Positions 41,224 through 42,326 of a stretch of DNA of 42,326 bases are shown in pieces (position 1 is the first letter of the stretch; the number at the start of each line of letters is the position of its first letter). The stretch lies in assembly GCA_964478915.1 (NCBI GenBank), contig CAYZKG010000004.1, positions 1-42,326 on the forward strand. The letters are read 5' to 3'. The position numbers and the translations under genes are program-made. The notes below the pieces were generated by a model, which saw nothing but the letters and a program-made list of their open reading frames with translations, ran no database searches and was not told where the DNA came from. The DNA comes from an uncultured Nitrospira sp. Its GTDB lineage: Bacteria; Nitrospirota; Nitrospiria; Nitrospirales; Nitrospiraceae.

Positions 41224-41577
41224 ATGAAATGCCTCATTGTGGTCAGCGTGTTTGGCCTTCTGTTATGGCCAGGAGTGGCCTGGAAGACGCCAGCCGTCGC
41301 AGCAGACTCGGACCAGGTCAAGCAGCTCGAAGCGCTGCAGAAGAAGATGCAGGAGGTTCAGGGGCACGGGCCATCCCAAAGCCAGGGGTCGTTGAAGCGC
41401 CGTGACCTGAAAGGGCAGCCTATGTCTCAGGGCGGTGGCGGCGGGGAGGCGGAGGGGCTGACTCCCGAGCAGCAGCAGATGTACGAGGAGTTGCTTCGCT
41501 CGGTGGAGCAGCTCAAACAAAACATCAAGAAGCGGGATGAGGCATTGGAGCAGCTCATGCCCGGATCCACCAAATGA
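41224..41577 (+). CDS. Small exported coiled-coil/low-complexity protein (117 aa)
   Basis: The signal peptide is MKCLIVVSVFGLLLWPGVAW. Gln/Lys/Glu-rich helical segments flank a GGGGG linker. It forms an ATGA overlap with the next gene. Confidence 0.55.
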   Translation: MKCLIVVSVFGLLLWPGVAWKTPAVAADSDQVKQLEALQKKMQEVQGHGPSQSQGSLKRRDLKGQPMSQGGGGGEAEGLTPEQQQMYEELLRSVEQLKQNIKKRDEALEQLMPGSTK

Positions 41578-42275
41578 AAGCGCCAGCAGTCCTCACCGGG
41601 CTCTTGTTGACGACGGTCCTGGCGACGGGAGCCGTCCCTGCGGCGGGAGGCTCACTGGCCAGTATGGCCAAGGATCAGGGCGGGGGCTCGCGCTTCAAGA
41701 TGCATTTCCAAGGCAGCACCAGTGATATGCATGTCGGGCTGATCAAGGTGGACCCCGCGGCGGGCAAGGTCGTCCTGGAGGTCTTTGCCAAGGCCGACTT
41801 CACCGAGCCCATGTGGCAACAGTTTATCATCTCCATGAAGGCGGAGCGGCCGGCCATTGAGGCCGGCTACGTGCAGGTCGGCTCGCGCTCCCCGATGACC
41901 CTCACGGCCCAGCACCTGGCCGGCACCGAGAGTTTGGACGTCAATATGTTCTTGCTCACCGAAGCCGAACTGCGGGACGGGAAACAAAAGAACATTCAAC
42001 GGGTGGGTCAGGAGAAGATCACCATACCCGCCGGCACCGTCCTGTCCACCCGGTATAAGGTCGAACGGCCGGACCAGAAGCTGGAGTTCTGGATCAGCGA
42101 CGAAGCTCGTCCCATCGGTCTGATCAGGTTGGTGTCGACCGGGAAGAAGACGGAGCAAAACTACCGGTTGGAACTGGAGGAGCTGCTGTCCGGTCTGGCG
42201 GCGAAGATCAATCCTACAAAAGCCGTCCCCCTGACCGACGAGGTCAGGAAGATGATCTCTGCCCCGACGAAGTGA
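41574..42275 (+). CDS. Exported protein (233 aa), no family recognised
   Basis: The signal peptide is MKAPAVLTGLLLTTVLATGAVPAAG. The frame has high GC3. It is translationally coupled to the upstream small gene. Confidence 0.6.
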   Translation: MKAPAVLTGLLLTTVLATGAVPAAGGSLASMAKDQGGGSRFKMHFQGSTSDMHVGLIKVDPAAGKVVLEVFAKADFTEPMWQQFIISMKAERPAIEAGYVQVGSRSPMTLTAQHLAGTESLDVNMFLLTEAELRDGKQKNIQRVGQEKITIPAGTVLSTRYKVERPDQKLEFWISDEARPIGLIRLVSTGKKTEQNYRLELEELLSGLAAKINPTKAVPLTDEVRKMISAPTK

Positions 42276-42317
42276 ACCTCAGGGTCGTTCTCCCGTCCGG
42301 CCACATTCCACTTCCCA

Positions 42318-42326
42318 ACCCATTGC
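42318..42326. repeat. Left half of another REP-like element, cut by the window edge
   Basis: ACCCATTGC is identical to the left arms at 25770 and 36603. It lies 43 nt after the last stop codon. Confidence 0.4.

Overview
42.3-kb high-GC bacterial chromosomal segment (GC judged by eye at about 60%, not computed). I found about 39 CDS and one tRNA. I saw no rRNA, CRISPR array, transposase, integrase or phage genes. Most long ORFs in the track that lie opposite these genes are high-GC shadow frames.

Gene blocks:
(i) 1-8682, minus strand: a partial mrp/apbC-like gene, then an assimilatory sulfate-reduction operon. Its order is rrf2 regulator, ferredoxin-type sulfite reductase with a C-terminal TusA-like domain, cysH (APS-reductase type), a dsrE-like gene, a trpD2/ybiB-like gene, cysD, and cysN fused to a degenerate APS-kinase-like domain.
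(ii) 9116-13496, plus strand: an extended Fis-like protein, HU, tRNA-Val(GAC), thrS-infC-rpmI-rplT.
(iii) 13583-19999, minus strand, convergent with block ii: fmt-rsmB-rpe-pheS-pheT. The PheRS is of the archaeal/eukaryal type.
(iv) 20104-28101: a 1402-aa TM/PAS/GGDEF/EAL signalling protein, an exported HEAT-repeat protein, gpmA, a Trp-rich orphan and a zinc-ribbon membrane protein.
(v) 28262-39598, plus strand: an arginine/lysine supercluster, argD-argF-argG-argH-lipoprotein-(B12-type radical SAM with STAS-like tail)-lysA-dapF-dapA-dapB.
(vi) 39656-42275: a Zn-ADH and three small exported or membrane proteins.

Most unusual observations:
(a) The cys operon carries a built-in TusA/DsrE-type sulfur-relay signature plus a TrpD2-like protein.
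(b) Eight clear gene junctions, plus a weaker A-rich run at argF-argG, carry arrays with strict 7-nt periodicity. They are often two inverted arms forming long hairpins, and several contain Shine-Dalgarno-like cores.
(c) A second, REP-like palindrome family (ACCCRTTGC..GCAAYGGGT) is present.
(d) A radical-SAM/STAS-like fusion is translationally coupled to lysA.
(e) An archaeal-type PheRS sits at the classical bacterial pheST position, but inverted.

All functional calls come from reading the translated sequences against remembered family motifs. No database search was run.
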